Shown here in pieces: positions 9,494 through 19,177 of a stretch of 64,000 bases of DNA. Numbering within the stretch: position 1 is the first letter of the stretch; every line of letters starts with the position of its first letter. The DNA is from a virus, in IMG/VR virus record IMGVR_UViG_3300021197_001769; one strand, written 5' to 3'. The notes under the pieces were generated by a model. It made no database searches and was not told the DNA's origin. It saw only the letters and a program-made list of their open reading frames with translations. The position numbers were made by a program, and so were the translations under genes.

Positions 9494-9627
9494 GATCCAT
9501 CTCCCAACGCTGGATTTTAAAAGCTAATTGATTAGCTAGCTCAGGCCGAAGCATCATGAGCTTATTTGTGAATTCTTCTCTTTCATCATTAGACCATTTA
9601 GCATATACATTTACAAATTCATTAACA

Positions 9628-9969
9628 CTATGCATATTCATGATCCCTTATTATTCTAAATCCTGTTGGCATGCACTCAAATTCTCTATTATTAAGGTTC
9701 CAAGGAAGATGCTTTCCTTCGATCATAAACCTATCTTCTATCATAGAACTTCTCAATCCAAGTCCGTCTTCTCTAGTCATAAGAACTTTTACTGTATCAC
9801 TAGCATCACTTCCTAGTTTCTTAGACCAACTTCCATCAGTGTTATTTGTATATCTATAAGCATGATTAAGAGCTTCATTAATATCTTTTGTATCAACACT
9901 AATTTCTGCTACTGCATTAAGAGCATCTTCAATTTTATGATCTCTATGTAAAACTGTAACTTTAATCAT
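9628..9969 (-). CDS. hypothetical early protein
   Basis: coupled to the upstream ORF; AGGAG RBS. Confidence 0.65.
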   Translation of the reverse strand: MIKVTVLHRDHKIEDALNAVAEISVDTKDINEALNHAYRYTNNTDGSWSKKLGSDASDTVKVLMTREDGLGLRSSMIEDRFMIEGKHLPWNLNNREFECMPTGFRIIRDHEYA

Positions 9970-10334
9970 TATGCAATCTCCTGTTCTTTAGCAGCTTTAA
10001 TTATAATAGGGGTGAATTTACTTTCAATAGTAGCTTCCCATTGATCGTAGCTTTCGTTAGTAAAATATCTAAAATCTCTATATGAAGGGATATTCCAAGA
10101 ATCAATATCTTGACCAAACTCTCTAACGAAAAGATCTCTCTTATTACAAAGACCATTATTAAAGAAGTCATAAGCAGCATTCTGCATTCTTCTAAACTTA
10201 TCTAAGTACTTATTCTTAGAGTTAGGGTTAGAACATCTACCTTGCGCAGGTAACAATTCGTTAAGCTTATCTGATAGTTTTTTAAAACCAGAGTTAAGTC
10301 CCCAATCATTTGAAAAAAGTTCTAATTGCTTCAT
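9969..10334 (-). CDS. hypothetical early protein
   Basis: first gene after an early promoter; AGGAG RBS. Confidence 0.7.
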   Translation of the reverse strand: MKQLELFSNDWGLNSGFKKLSDKLNELLPAQGRCSNPNSKNKYLDKFRRMQNAAYDFFNNGLCNKRDLFVREFGQDIDSWNIPSYRDFRYFTNESYDQWEATIESKFTPIIIKAAKEQEIA

Positions 10335-10358
10335 AAAATATCTCCTATTTCTTTATTT

Positions 10359-10397
10359 TATACTTTATTATGGCTTCTTTTTAAACAAAAGGCAACT
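10359..10397 (-). promoter_or_regulatory. phage early promoter
   Basis: TTGCCT (10395-10390), 17 bp, CATAAT (10372-10367), AAAGTATA. Confidence 0.8.
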
Positions 10398-10424
10398 AAA
10401 AAAGGGCTTTTTTACAACTTTTTT

Positions 10425-10814
10425 TCATCTTTTTTCCCAAGGAAAAACTAATTTAGTCATTGATTCTCCAAAGGGTATATTTACTTCTTCAATAGAAAAA
10501 TCTATTGGAATAAGAGTTTCGTATTTTGAATCTATTGTTGTTTCTATAAAACATACAAAGAGAGCAGCTTTGTTAGCTGCTCTTATATTTTTATTAGATA
10601 TAATAGAAAAATGAACTGCGTTAGGTACATCATCTGTTGTAATATTACATCCTAACTTACTAGCTAATATTGTAGCAGGAACAAGATCTGAGTTATCTGT
10701 AACAAGAACAAAACTAGGAACTATTCTAGTCTTAATTCTATCACATAATATGTTTAACCAGTTATCTAATTCTAACCAAGTAACAATTCTAGAATGACTT
10801 AATTTTTTTAGCAA
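10425..10814 (-). CDS. hypothetical protein, possible degenerate PRTase fold
   Basis: LVPATILASKLG and a C-terminal LVFPWE, resembling the PRTase at 40585. Confidence 0.45.
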   Translation of the reverse strand: MLKKLSHSRIVTWLELDNWLNILCDRIKTRIVPSFVLVTDNSDLVPATILASKLGCNITTDDVPNAVHFSIISNKNIRAANKAALFVCFIETTIDSKYETLIPIDFSIEEVNIPFGESMTKLVFPWEKR

Positions 10815-11223
10815 TCTCCATCTCCATATTATATGCTTCTACTTCCCAAGGTAATTCATAATAGTCAATATTTTTACTATTTACTTCTATACCTTTCCAT
10901 TTATGTTTATCCATTCCTAATTCTTTTAACTCTTTCTTAAGATATTGCTTTATATGTACACACTCATGACATATAGTTTCTATAAGTTCTTCTTCGTTAT
11001 CTAATAATTCATTGGATAATGCTAAAAAGAATACATCATCTGATTCTTGATGTATAAGTGCTTTAGCAGGCTCTATATCTTCTTTAAGAGCAACGTGACA
11101 GTCAATTAAAATTGGAAGTCTTCTCTTAGGAAGAAGATGGAGAAGAGCTTGTTCTAGAGTATCTCTTATAACAAGACCCTGTTCAGGTTTACTTACGCCT
11201 ACTATATCTACACAAATTATCAT
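10789..11223 (-). CDS. putative zinc metallopeptidase
   Basis: HECVH (HExxH) with KQY and PWEVEAY. Confidence 0.7.
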   Translation of the reverse strand: MIICVDIVGVSKPEQGLVIRDTLEQALLHLLPKRRLPILIDCHVALKEDIEPAKALIHQESDDVFFLALSNELLDNEEELIETICHECVHIKQYLKKELKELGMDKHKWKGIEVNSKNIDYYELPWEVEAYNMEMEIAKKIKSF

Positions 11224-11252
11224 ATAATTGTTATAGTGAAAAAATTAAAAAG

Positions 11253-12488
11253 TTATCTCTGCCAACCTTTTACATAATCATCAGAGAAATTGAAGTGACT
11301 AAAAGCTAGTCTATCAACTAACTTTACTGCTTGATTATCTTTACCAATAGCTACGTATCCTTCTGGAGCTGTAGGAACAAACTCTCCATTTTTTTTAAGA
11401 ACAAATACTCTACTATCTAACAAAGATGTTAATTTTTTGATAATAAGTAATTTAGCTTCATTTACTGCTTTAACATATACAAATGAATTCTCGATAGGTT
11501 TCTTTATTTGACTAAGTTCGTCTAATAACTGCTTTAGAGCTGCTTTTTTAGTTTCTTTACTCTTATCAGTTTTAACTTTAGCTATAACTTTATCTTCCCA
11601 ATAACCTTTAACGTGAGCCATATACCCTGCATATGTAGGATTCATTCTACCAGCTCTAACTTCAGAATTTATATAAGTTTTAATGTGAGAACCTATAGCA
11701 GTACTTGGAATCATATCTAGTACCTTAACAATTTTATCAAAGTCTTTACTCATAGCTTTCTTTGACTTATCAATAAGCCCTTTTAACTCTCTTGACTCAC
11801 TGCTAGTTAAAGAAGCTGTACCTGATAAATTTTTAAAGAATGCATCATCTACCCATACAGATCTAGACTTTCTTAATCTAGATACATCAGCACCAAACGA
11901 TGCTTTATATGATTGTAAGTCTTTACTACCTTTGTAAGTTGTATGAAAAACAATACCCATATCAGCATTTCTAATAAGATTACCTATATCGCTCCCTGTA
12001 TCAAAAGCATAGACAAGGGTATTAGGATGAATAGTAATATACCTTCTTCCATCGATGGTTTCATATTTCTGCTCCCCTTTAGTAAACATCATATCGCCCT
12101 GTAAGACTGTACCTTTAGGTATGCCTATAGAACTTAGATGTTTAAGAGCATATTCTAGTTTAGTTGCTTTACCGGAAGGTTCATTATCTTTGATGTCTTT
12201 AATAGTTTTATATACTTTAGGAGTTTTATTGAATACTGATTTTGTACCTACAAAGAACTTTCCGTCTGCAGGATCAGTACCACAAAATAAAGCAGGAGCT
12301 CCATCCCATTTAACTGTAACGTTTTTAGCTCCTGATGCTCCTGATTGAAGAGTATCTAGTACATCTTGCAAAGATTGAATAGCAAATTCAGCACCTTTTG
12401 CACCTCTCTCATATAAATCTTCATCTGCATGAGTTAAATGTAAGTTCTGTTTTGAATCTGCTGCTTCAAATAATGCAAAGTTAATCAC
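11253..12488 (-). CDS. conserved T4-like protein (DUF6267-like) with ATP-dependent ligase motifs
   Basis: NLHLTH, TVKWDGAPA, VLQGD, PEGYV, VKLVDRL.FS. Confidence 0.7.
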   Translation of the reverse strand: MINFALFEAADSKQNLHLTHADEDLYERGAKGAEFAIQSLQDVLDTLQSGASGAKNVTVKWDGAPALFCGTDPADGKFFVGTKSVFNKTPKVYKTIKDIKDNEPSGKATKLEYALKHLSSIGIPKGTVLQGDMMFTKGEQKYETIDGRRYITIHPNTLVYAFDTGSDIGNLIRNADMGIVFHTTYKGSKDLQSYKASFGADVSRLRKSRSVWVDDAFFKNLSGTASLTSSESRELKGLIDKSKKAMSKDFDKIVKVLDMIPSTAIGSHIKTYINSEVRAGRMNPTYAGYMAHVKGYWEDKVIAKVKTDKSKETKKAALKQLLDELSQIKKPIENSFVYVKAVNEAKLLIIKKLTSLLDSRVFVLKKNGEFVPTAPEGYVAIGKDNQAVKLVDRLAFSHFNFSDDYVKGWQR

Positions 12489-12996
12489 TATCCTGTACCA
12501 ATCTGTTATTAACTGTATCCCAGTTAATTATATGCATATGCGTTTTTAAATATTGTTCTTTATTTATTCCATGAGTAAAGACATATGCATGTTCCCATAG
12601 ATCTATTAATAAAATAATATCTTTTACTATTCTATTATTAGGTATAATATTTACATAACCAGCATGATTCATCCACAACCATCCATTACCTTGAAGCCTT
12701 TCAGCTTGTTCAAGTATTGTAATATAAAAATTATTATGAGAGCCATATCTATTATTAATAATTTGCTCTATTTTACCATTCGGTTTATTTTGATCTCTAT
12801 ATTCTCTAATATTATCAAAATAGAGAGAATGAAGATGAGCACCAGCTTTATTAAAAGGAATATCACCTTTGCTCAAATTGAAATCATCAATATAAGTTTT
12901 ATAAACATGGTTAAAGTGTTGATCGAAACCCACTTCATTAATTGCAGGTTTAAGTTCACTTATGTTATAAGGAAATAGATTTTGTTCTAATATCAT
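12481..12996 (-). CDS. Fe/Mn superoxide dismutase
   Basis: LFPY...L.P, HFNH...Y, HLHSLYF, GNGW.W, DLWEHAY, INW. Confidence 0.85.
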   Translation of the reverse strand: MILEQNLFPYNISELKPAINEVGFDQHFNHVYKTYIDDFNLSKGDIPFNKAGAHLHSLYFDNIREYRDQNKPNGKIEQIINNRYGSHNNFYITILEQAERLQGNGWLWMNHAGYVNIIPNNRIVKDIILLIDLWEHAYVFTHGINKEQYLKTHMHIINWDTVNNRLVQDSD

Positions 12997-13577
12997 TCAC
13001 TATACGCTTTCGCTTCTTTTGTAAGATCTTTTATTTCAGTTTGTAATGACTTTAATTGTTCTTTTTTATCTTGGATAACAGCTAAGATATCAGCTTTCTT
13101 CTCTTCTTCAGACTGCTCTTTAGCTTCTTGTTTAGTCTGAATTTCAAGATTAGGGAAAGCTTCTCTTACTATTCCAATATCTAAAGAAGGATATAGTTTT
13201 TCTAACTCTCTATCTTTAGCAAGTATAATCATATTAGCTTCTTCAACTGCTATAGCTTCTAACATCTCAATAAACAATTTCTCTCTTTGAAGAGGTTTAA
13301 CTTGAGCTGCTTGATTAGATTGTACAAAATTAGGAAACACGTTTAGGTATTGCCACAGAGATGCCTTACTAGGTCCATCATCTGGTTCGTCATTGAAAGG
13401 AGGCCTCCCTTCAGGAATTAATGATTTTATTGTATCACAATAATTAAATTTTAGTACATACGTTAATGGTGTATGTTCTCTATATTCTTTAAGATAATTA
13501 ACCTTTTGAGATCTACCTACGGTTTTATCAAATTCTTCAAGTATTTCAAATACTTGCATATCTTTCGCTTTAATCAT
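12993..13577 (-). CDS. conserved T4-like hypothetical protein (DUF6433-like)
   Basis: LIPEG.PPF, REKLFIEMLE, AKD..L...Y, V.EAFP pattern. Confidence 0.6.
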   Translation of the reverse strand: MIKAKDMQVFEILEEFDKTVGRSQKVNYLKEYREHTPLTYVLKFNYCDTIKSLIPEGRPPFNDEPDDGPSKASLWQYLNVFPNFVQSNQAAQVKPLQREKLFIEMLEAIAVEEANMIILAKDRELEKLYPSLDIGIVREAFPNLEIQTKQEAKEQSEEEKKADILAVIQDKKEQLKSLQTEIKDLTKEAKAYSE

Positions 13578-14116
13578 AATTTCATTCCTTGTCTAACTTT
13601 TCTTAATATATCTTTAGCCATCCTTTGCGCTTTCAAAGGTAAGCCTTTCTTGAACTCGTCTAAGTTTTCATCCTTAGCTAATTCTCTCATCTTACTTGCA
13701 CTCATTCCTTCGGCTCCGTCTGCGTCAGGGTCTCTTTGTCCTGCACTTACAACTTTGATATTTTTAAAGTTATAGTCAGTTCCATTATATTTTTGCAGTA
13801 AATCATTGAAGTCTTTAACTCTATCTGAACCAGCAACAAGGATTACTTCTTCGTAACCTTTATCTTGAAGTTCAGCCATAACTTTCATTATAGTATTAGA
13901 GTTGGTTCTTTGAACGATTTGTCCAAACGAGGTTTTTAAGATTCGAATTTTTGTATTGTAATCTAATGGGTTCTTTTTAGCGTCTTGACTTTGACTAGCA
14001 AACAAGAGAGGCTGCCCTCTTGACATTCGGGCAACCTTTCTTAATTTGTTAATTAGTTTTTCATGACCTATTGTAGGAGGATTCATTCTCCCAAATGTAA
14101 AAACCGCTAGTTTCAT
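13574..14116 (-). CDS. HIGH-family nucleotidyltransferase (cytidylyltransferase/NMNAT-like)
   Basis: FTFGRMNPPTIGH, KNPL, VAGSDR, SAG.RDPD, MSASKMR. Confidence 0.85.
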   Translation of the reverse strand: MKLAVFTFGRMNPPTIGHEKLINKLRKVARMSRGQPLLFASQSQDAKKNPLDYNTKIRILKTSFGQIVQRTNSNTIMKVMAELQDKGYEEVILVAGSDRVKDFNDLLQKYNGTDYNFKNIKVVSAGQRDPDADGAEGMSASKMRELAKDENLDEFKKGLPLKAQRMAKDILRKVRQGMKL

Positions 14117-14124
14117 AATTTAAA

Positions 14125-14778
14125 TTACGCAACATTGTCAGAGAACATAAAGTCTGAGTCAGCATCTGCATAACGATTCTTATCATCGTTAATAGTTTTG
14201 CCTCTAGCCATTACTTTATTATTTGCATCGTAAATAATTGATAATGTGCCATCTGCTTGTGCAGCTTTCCAGCCTATGTTAGAAGATGTTGGAATTACAC
14301 CAAGAGTTGAATCAGGACTTGCTCCTGTAGTCTTAGTTACATAACCTTCAATTACATAGTTTTCTGTACCGAATTCTTCTGACCAAATATAAGTTCTACC
14401 TGAGTTAACAGCAGTTACTGCATCTGAGTCAATACTATTAAACGTTAGAGTATATCTAGTGTTTTCACTATCAAATGCTATCGCTGATGTTGTACCTAAT
14501 GTAATACCATTTTTACCAATAGTATCTTCTTGAGTTACATAATCAGAGTCTGTCATGATTGTACCTGGAAGGGCATCTAAAACTTCAAATGAATATACTA
14601 CTTTACCTTGTCTACTATCATACACAGGATTACCGATTCCGAAACCGCCTTTGAAAGCTATAAGATGTTCTGAATCGTGTCCTTTATTATCAATCGCAGG
14701 TACGTAGCTCTTTCCGTTTTTTAATTGTCCTTCGCCATTAGCGTTCGCTGTGAACACGTTCTGTTTTCTATGAGCCAT
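14125..14778 (-). CDS. hypothetical late, possibly structural protein
   Basis: AGGAG RBS; late-like AATAAATA at 14827-14820; G/T/S/D-rich. Confidence 0.6.
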   Translation of the reverse strand: MAHRKQNVFTANANGEGQLKNGKSYVPAIDNKGHDSEHLIAFKGGFGIGNPVYDSRQGKVVYSFEVLDALPGTIMTDSDYVTQEDTIGKNGITLGTTSAIAFDSENTRYTLTFNSIDSDAVTAVNSGRTYIWSEEFGTENYVIEGYVTKTTGASPDSTLGVIPTSSNIGWKAAQADGTLSIIYDANNKVMARGKTINDDKNRYADADSDFMFSDNVA

Positions 14779-14818
14779 TTTGGAGTCTCCTTATTAAACT
14801 GTCTTTTTTGGATCCACT

Positions 14819-15670
14819 TTATTTATTCGTTTCGAAATCCGGAAGTGCTTCGAGCAACATCTTCATTTGTCTTTTAGTAAATAAAGTCATTAAACTATTT
14901 ATTGATCCTTCGTGTTCACCATTAAAGCTAGCCATAATTTCATCTTTAATGTCATCAGGAGTTCTATCTAGATCTACTAAGTCTCTATTACGAATAACTC
15001 GTCTAGATATGGTAGTACCTAAAGCTTCTGGATCTTTGAGGAGAGCTTCAAATTTTGCTTTACGAAGAGGCGTTTGCCTACTATTTTCTTCTACAAAAAC
15101 GTTATCTTCAGATAGTACATTAGGTACACCATCTCCCATATCGCCTTTGAGAATCTTTTCTTGTAAGTCATAATCTGCAGAAACTTTAGGTTCTATCCAT
15201 TTCTTCTGTATATTAGAAAATTGCTTAACATTAGGGTATTTTTGTAATTGAACAAAATCGCGATCAGGAGAGATGATAAGTACAGGTTCCGGAGAGGTTT
15301 GCTTCTCAACCAATGTAGCTATTACGTCGTCAGCTTCACAACGATCAATGCGAATGCATTTGAAAGGGGACATCGTTGTCATTTCATCTCGAACACTATT
15401 CAATATAGAATAGATCGCATCCCAATCATGGACTGAGTTATTACGGCTTTTACGACGATTCGCTTTATAGAAGGGATAACGTTCTCTACGCCAGTTTTTT
15501 CCACCGTCCATACATAGAATCATCTCTCCATAATCACTACGATACTGAACATTGTATAATCTTATGATATTAAAGATCTGATGACGTAACAAATCTACAT
15601 CGTTTTCGTAATCATCTATCCTAGAAAAGATAGAACTCATCATTACAGAAGAATAATCTAATAAAATCAT
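14819..15670 (-). CDS. rnh: RNase H / 5'-3' exonuclease (T4 rnh)
   Basis: ILLD, NWR...P.YKANR, EADDVIA, SPDRDFVQL, GD.GDGVPN. Confidence 0.93.
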   Translation of the reverse strand: MILLDYSSVMMSSIFSRIDDYENDVDLLRHQIFNIIRLYNVQYRSDYGEMILCMDGGKNWRRERYPFYKANRRKSRNNSVHDWDAIYSILNSVRDEMTTMSPFKCIRIDRCEADDVIATLVEKQTSPEPVLIISPDRDFVQLQKYPNVKQFSNIQKKWIEPKVSADYDLQEKILKGDMGDGVPNVLSEDNVFVEENSRQTPLRKAKFEALLKDPEALGTTISRRVIRNRDLVDLDRTPDDIKDEIMASFNGEHEGSINSLMTLFTKRQMKMLLEALPDFETNK

Positions 15671-15722
15671 AATATCGCCTTTTTTTCAGTTTCGCTAATA
15701 TTATTATAGTAAGTTTTATAAA

Positions 15723-16328
15723 TTATTTCCAGTAAAAGCCTAATCTTTTAAAATCTTTTGAATCTACCCATTGATATTTTTCAGAAGGCATAATGACAAT
15801 ATCATCTTTAAATACAGGTATAAGTTCTTTTGCTTTAGGTATCAAAGCCCAATCAGGGTTACCTCTTAAATGTACTTCAATAAGCTTATCACCTATAAAT
15901 TCACAGTTAATATACTTATAGTTATTTTTAAGTTTTTTGAGAACATCAGGGTAAGGAATATTAGATTCTATCTTTTTCCATTTAGACCATCTCCATAAAT
16001 TTGTATTCGTTTTACGAACACCTTGTACAGCTAACACTTGCTTCTTGTTAACATAGTCTACTGATATATGTTTACCTTTAAATATCTCACACCAGAAAGA
16101 CCCTTCAGGCATTTTGTTATCTGTTGTCTTAGTCCAGAATCTATCAAAGTAAGCACCTCGTCCCATACCCATAAAATTAACGCAAGGTCTAATAATATAT
16201 TTACCTATTCTAGGAACATCAACTCCGTGAGGTCCGCAAACATAACCTAACTTTCTACTTAGAATAAGCTTATCATGTATCCACAGATCTTCAGGATCTG
16301 TTTTCCAATACATTGTGCTGTCATCCAT
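15723..16328 (-). CDS. conserved phage hypothetical protein, possibly ATP-grasp-like
   Basis: YIIRP..N..GMG.GA, FWCE.F.G.H.SVD, NCEFIG..LIEVH.R. Confidence 0.55.
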   Translation of the reverse strand: MDDSTMYWKTDPEDLWIHDKLILSRKLGYVCGPHGVDVPRIGKYIIRPCVNFMGMGRGAYFDRFWTKTTDNKMPEGSFWCEIFKGKHISVDYVNKKQVLAVQGVRKTNTNLWRWSKWKKIESNIPYPDVLKKLKNNYKYINCEFIGDKLIEVHLRGNPDWALIPKAKELIPVFKDDIVIMPSEKYQWVDSKDFKRLGFYWK

Positions 16329-16768
16329 TATTTCAGAGCTTTTTTCTGTTTCTTTTGTCCAAATGTTTTTCTTTTCCAGTTAGCATGTTCTATTGTGCCT
16401 GGTTTATATGGACTAACAGGAGGAGGAGGGTTTCGTCTTAATTCTTCTTCTGCTAAGATTCTTTTACGTTCTTCTTCTTGAGCTATTAATAGATCAGCAG
16501 CTGCTTGTTCTATTCTTTCTTTCTCTTCTTTTTCGTATTGAATCTTTTCAAGTTCTTCTCTTCGTTTCTCTTCTCTAAGCCTATGCTCTAATCTTTCTTC
16601 TACAACAGCTAATCTTTCTGGATCATCTTTTGACAAAAACTCATACTCTAATAGACTAGCTATTTCATCTAGTCTATCTTCTACTATAGAAAGACGCTCT
16701 CTAATATTTCCTAGTAAATTTTTTCCGGGGGTTTTATTTTCTTTACGTGGTGGCATTGACTCTTCCAT
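16328..16768 (-). CDS. hypothetical coiled-coil protein
   Basis: E/R/K-rich helical ORF with a Pro-rich tail. Confidence 0.6.
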   Translation of the reverse strand: MEESMPPRKENKTPGKNLLGNIRERLSIVEDRLDEIASLLEYEFLSKDDPERLAVVEERLEHRLREEKRREELEKIQYEKEEKERIEQAAADLLIAQEEERKRILAEEELRRNPPPPVSPYKPGTIEHANWKRKTFGQKKQKKALK

Positions 16769-16787
16769 AACTAACTATTATTATTTA

Positions 16788-18161
16788 TCAATTCCAGTTG
16801 ATGTCCATAATAGATTTAGTATCGGTTTGTTTGTTATTTTCTGCTTCATTTAATGCATCTATATGAGCAGGTTGATCTGGCATATCTTCTATTCTCATTC
16901 TACTATAATCTACACCTAATAACCAATTACGTCTATCAGCAGGATCACCATATCTATTCTTTAACTGAGAGAATCTAATAATACCTTCATCTCTTAATTT
17001 ATCGTTAGTAGTCATAGCAAAGAAATAATCAGCAGTCATAGGTAAACCAAACGATTCACTAACAGAAGTTATATCTACATCAGCATCACTATAACCTTGT
17101 CTATTAGTCTGAGTAGCAGTCAATACTGGAATATTAAACTCCATAGCTAATGCTCTAAGCTCTTCAGCAGTAGCTTTTACTTGTTCATAACTATTAGCTT
17201 GTTTACTTATACCCATAGCACCACAAATATTAAGATAGTCAACACATACTAAATCAGGTTTAAAGTCTTTCTTTAATTCTAACTCTTTCAAAAGAGCTCT
17301 AAAATGACCTGCATGAACAGATTTAGTAGGATACTCTTTAACTATTAATCTACCTCTAGTTTTAATCTTCAGGTTATCAAATCGTTTTAAGAACGAGTCT
17401 TTACCAATATTATCTAAGTCTTCAGGGGATAAGTTAAGTAAGTTCTGATCTATTCTCTGAGCTATCTTCTCTTCAGCCATCTCCATAGTTATATACAGAA
17501 CGTTATGACCTGACTCTAATAAGTTAGATGACATAGAGCACATAAACAAAGATTTACCTACACCAGTACCAGCCATTATAACACCTAGAGTCTTCGAAGG
17601 AAAACCACCTCTAAGAATATAATCAAAATGCTCTAAACCAGAAGGTACTTTCTCTTCTTTCTTATGATAAAATTCCCATCTATCTTCTACATCTTCTATA
17701 AAGTCATGACCTACAGACTTATCAAAAGAAGTAGATATAGCTTCTCTAAGTATCTCAGGTAATGCAGACTGAGAAGTCTTCTTATCTTCACCACCTATTA
17801 CATTAACAGCTTTAAAGACAGCATTAACAATAGCTTTCTCTTGACACCATTCTTCAGTCTTAGAAACTAACCATTCTACTTTAGGTATATCTGGTACTCT
17901 TTCATCAGTAAATTTAGATAACTCTTTATATACACCTTCAGTAAGATCATCTCTAGATTCTATTTCAATCTTTAAAGCTTGATACTTAGGACTAACATTA
18001 TGTTTACCATAATATTTGTTAATCTCTTCAAGTACAATTCTTTCAGATGCTTCTGCGAAGTATTCTTTATCTAAGAACGGTAGTACTTTTCTACAATACT
18101 CTTCGTTAACAACTAAGTTATGAAGTATAGCTTTTCTTAGTTCGTTAGAGTCAACTGCCAT
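16788..18161 (-). CDS. 41: replicative DNA helicase gp41 (DnaB-like)
   Basis: AGTGVGKS Walker A, ITMEMAEE, VDYLNI, ATQTNR, SESFGLP, KNRYGD. Confidence 0.96.
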   Translation of the reverse strand: MAVDSNELRKAILHNLVVNEEYCRKVLPFLDKEYFAEASERIVLEEINKYYGKHNVSPKYQALKIEIESRDDLTEGVYKELSKFTDERVPDIPKVEWLVSKTEEWCQEKAIVNAVFKAVNVIGGEDKKTSQSALPEILREAISTSFDKSVGHDFIEDVEDRWEFYHKKEEKVPSGLEHFDYILRGGFPSKTLGVIMAGTGVGKSLFMCSMSSNLLESGHNVLYITMEMAEEKIAQRIDQNLLNLSPEDLDNIGKDSFLKRFDNLKIKTRGRLIVKEYPTKSVHAGHFRALLKELELKKDFKPDLVCVDYLNICGAMGISKQANSYEQVKATAEELRALAMEFNIPVLTATQTNRQGYSDADVDITSVSESFGLPMTADYFFAMTTNDKLRDEGIIRFSQLKNRYGDPADRRNWLLGVDYSRMRIEDMPDQPAHIDALNEAENNKQTDTKSIMDINWN

Positions 18162-18243
18162 TAAGATACCTGTAAAGCTACGTAGATTAATGTACCTAAT
18201 ATACTAAAGTTAATTACCATATTCACATAATGAGGGTTCGGGT

Positions 18244-18918
18244 TCATTGTTTTTCCTTCCATTTAATTAAATCTTCTTCTGTGTTAATTTCTGCAGCAGG
18301 TTCATCTGTAAAGATAACTCCAATATCAAAACCATTACTTAACCATCTTAATTGTTCTAATGATTCAATCATCTCAGATTCATATACATTTAGATACTTA
18401 TATGCACCTAAAGCTGCTCTTGTATATCCATATATACCTAAGTGCCAGTCTCCATATTGGACTGGAGCTCTTAGAAACCAATTAGCAAAATAATTATTGT
18501 TAATACACTTGACTGAATTTGGATCTAATTGATCTGTTTTATCCATATTAGAACAAACAGTAACTACTCTATTATGATCAAGTCTTTTCTCAATATCATG
18601 AAAACTGTGAATAGGAGGGTCAATAAGATCACCTTGAACGTTTATAAATTTATCAAAGAAAGGTAATTGTTCCATTGCTTCTGCAACTCTATCAGTTCCA
18701 TTTTCAGCTTCTTCAGAAGTCATAATGTGATTATCAGGAAATAAAGCTGCTATCTTTTTACTATCAGTAGCTACAAATACATTCTCAGTAACCATTTTAC
18801 ACCAATGCTCTACTCTCTGAATAAGACAATGCATATCTGTAACTGGTACTAACATTTTTTCAGGAAATCTTGTACTCTCAAGTCTCGCTGGAATCACTAT
18901 CGCTGTCTTGTCGTTCAC
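18244..18918 (-). CDS. kdsB: CMP-Kdo synthetase (3-deoxy-manno-octulosonate cytidylyltransferase)
   Basis: VIPARLESTRFPEK, VATD, NGTDRVAE, INVQGD, HLGIYGY, ESLEQLR. Confidence 0.93.
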   Translation of the reverse strand: MNDKTAIVIPARLESTRFPEKMLVPVTDMHCLIQRVEHWCKMVTENVFVATDSKKIAALFPDNHIMTSEEAENGTDRVAEAMEQLPFFDKFINVQGDLIDPPIHSFHDIEKRLDHNRVVTVCSNMDKTDQLDPNSVKCINNNYFANWFLRAPVQYGDWHLGIYGYTRAALGAYKYLNVYESEMIESLEQLRWLSNGFDIGVIFTDEPAAEINTEEDLIKWKEKQ

Positions 18919-19177
18919 GCACTACTCCTTTACCTAATATTTCTGATATAATACTATCAGCCATTTTAAAAAATACTTTTTTAGCTCTTGTATTCCAAGA
19001 TTTGATATCACCGCCAAGTAATTCAATCTGATAAGATACTTCTCCGGTTTCTTCATTAACTAGTTTCATATCTGCAGGACGCCAAATAGCACCTTTATAC
19101 ATTCCAGTTTTAACTTTAATCCATTCACCGCCTTCTGGATCTACAAAGCCTTCATAATTTTTAGGATTCGGTTTCAT
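18878..19177 (-). CDS. gp40-like protein (head vertex assembly chaperone)
   Basis: lies between uvsX and g41 as in T4; IK...G.YKG.I pattern. Confidence 0.45.
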   Translation of the reverse strand: MKPNPKNYEGFVDPEGGEWIKVKTGMYKGAIWRPADMKLVNEETGEVSYQIELLGGDIKSWNTRAKKVFFKMADSIISEILGKGVVRERQDSDSDSSET

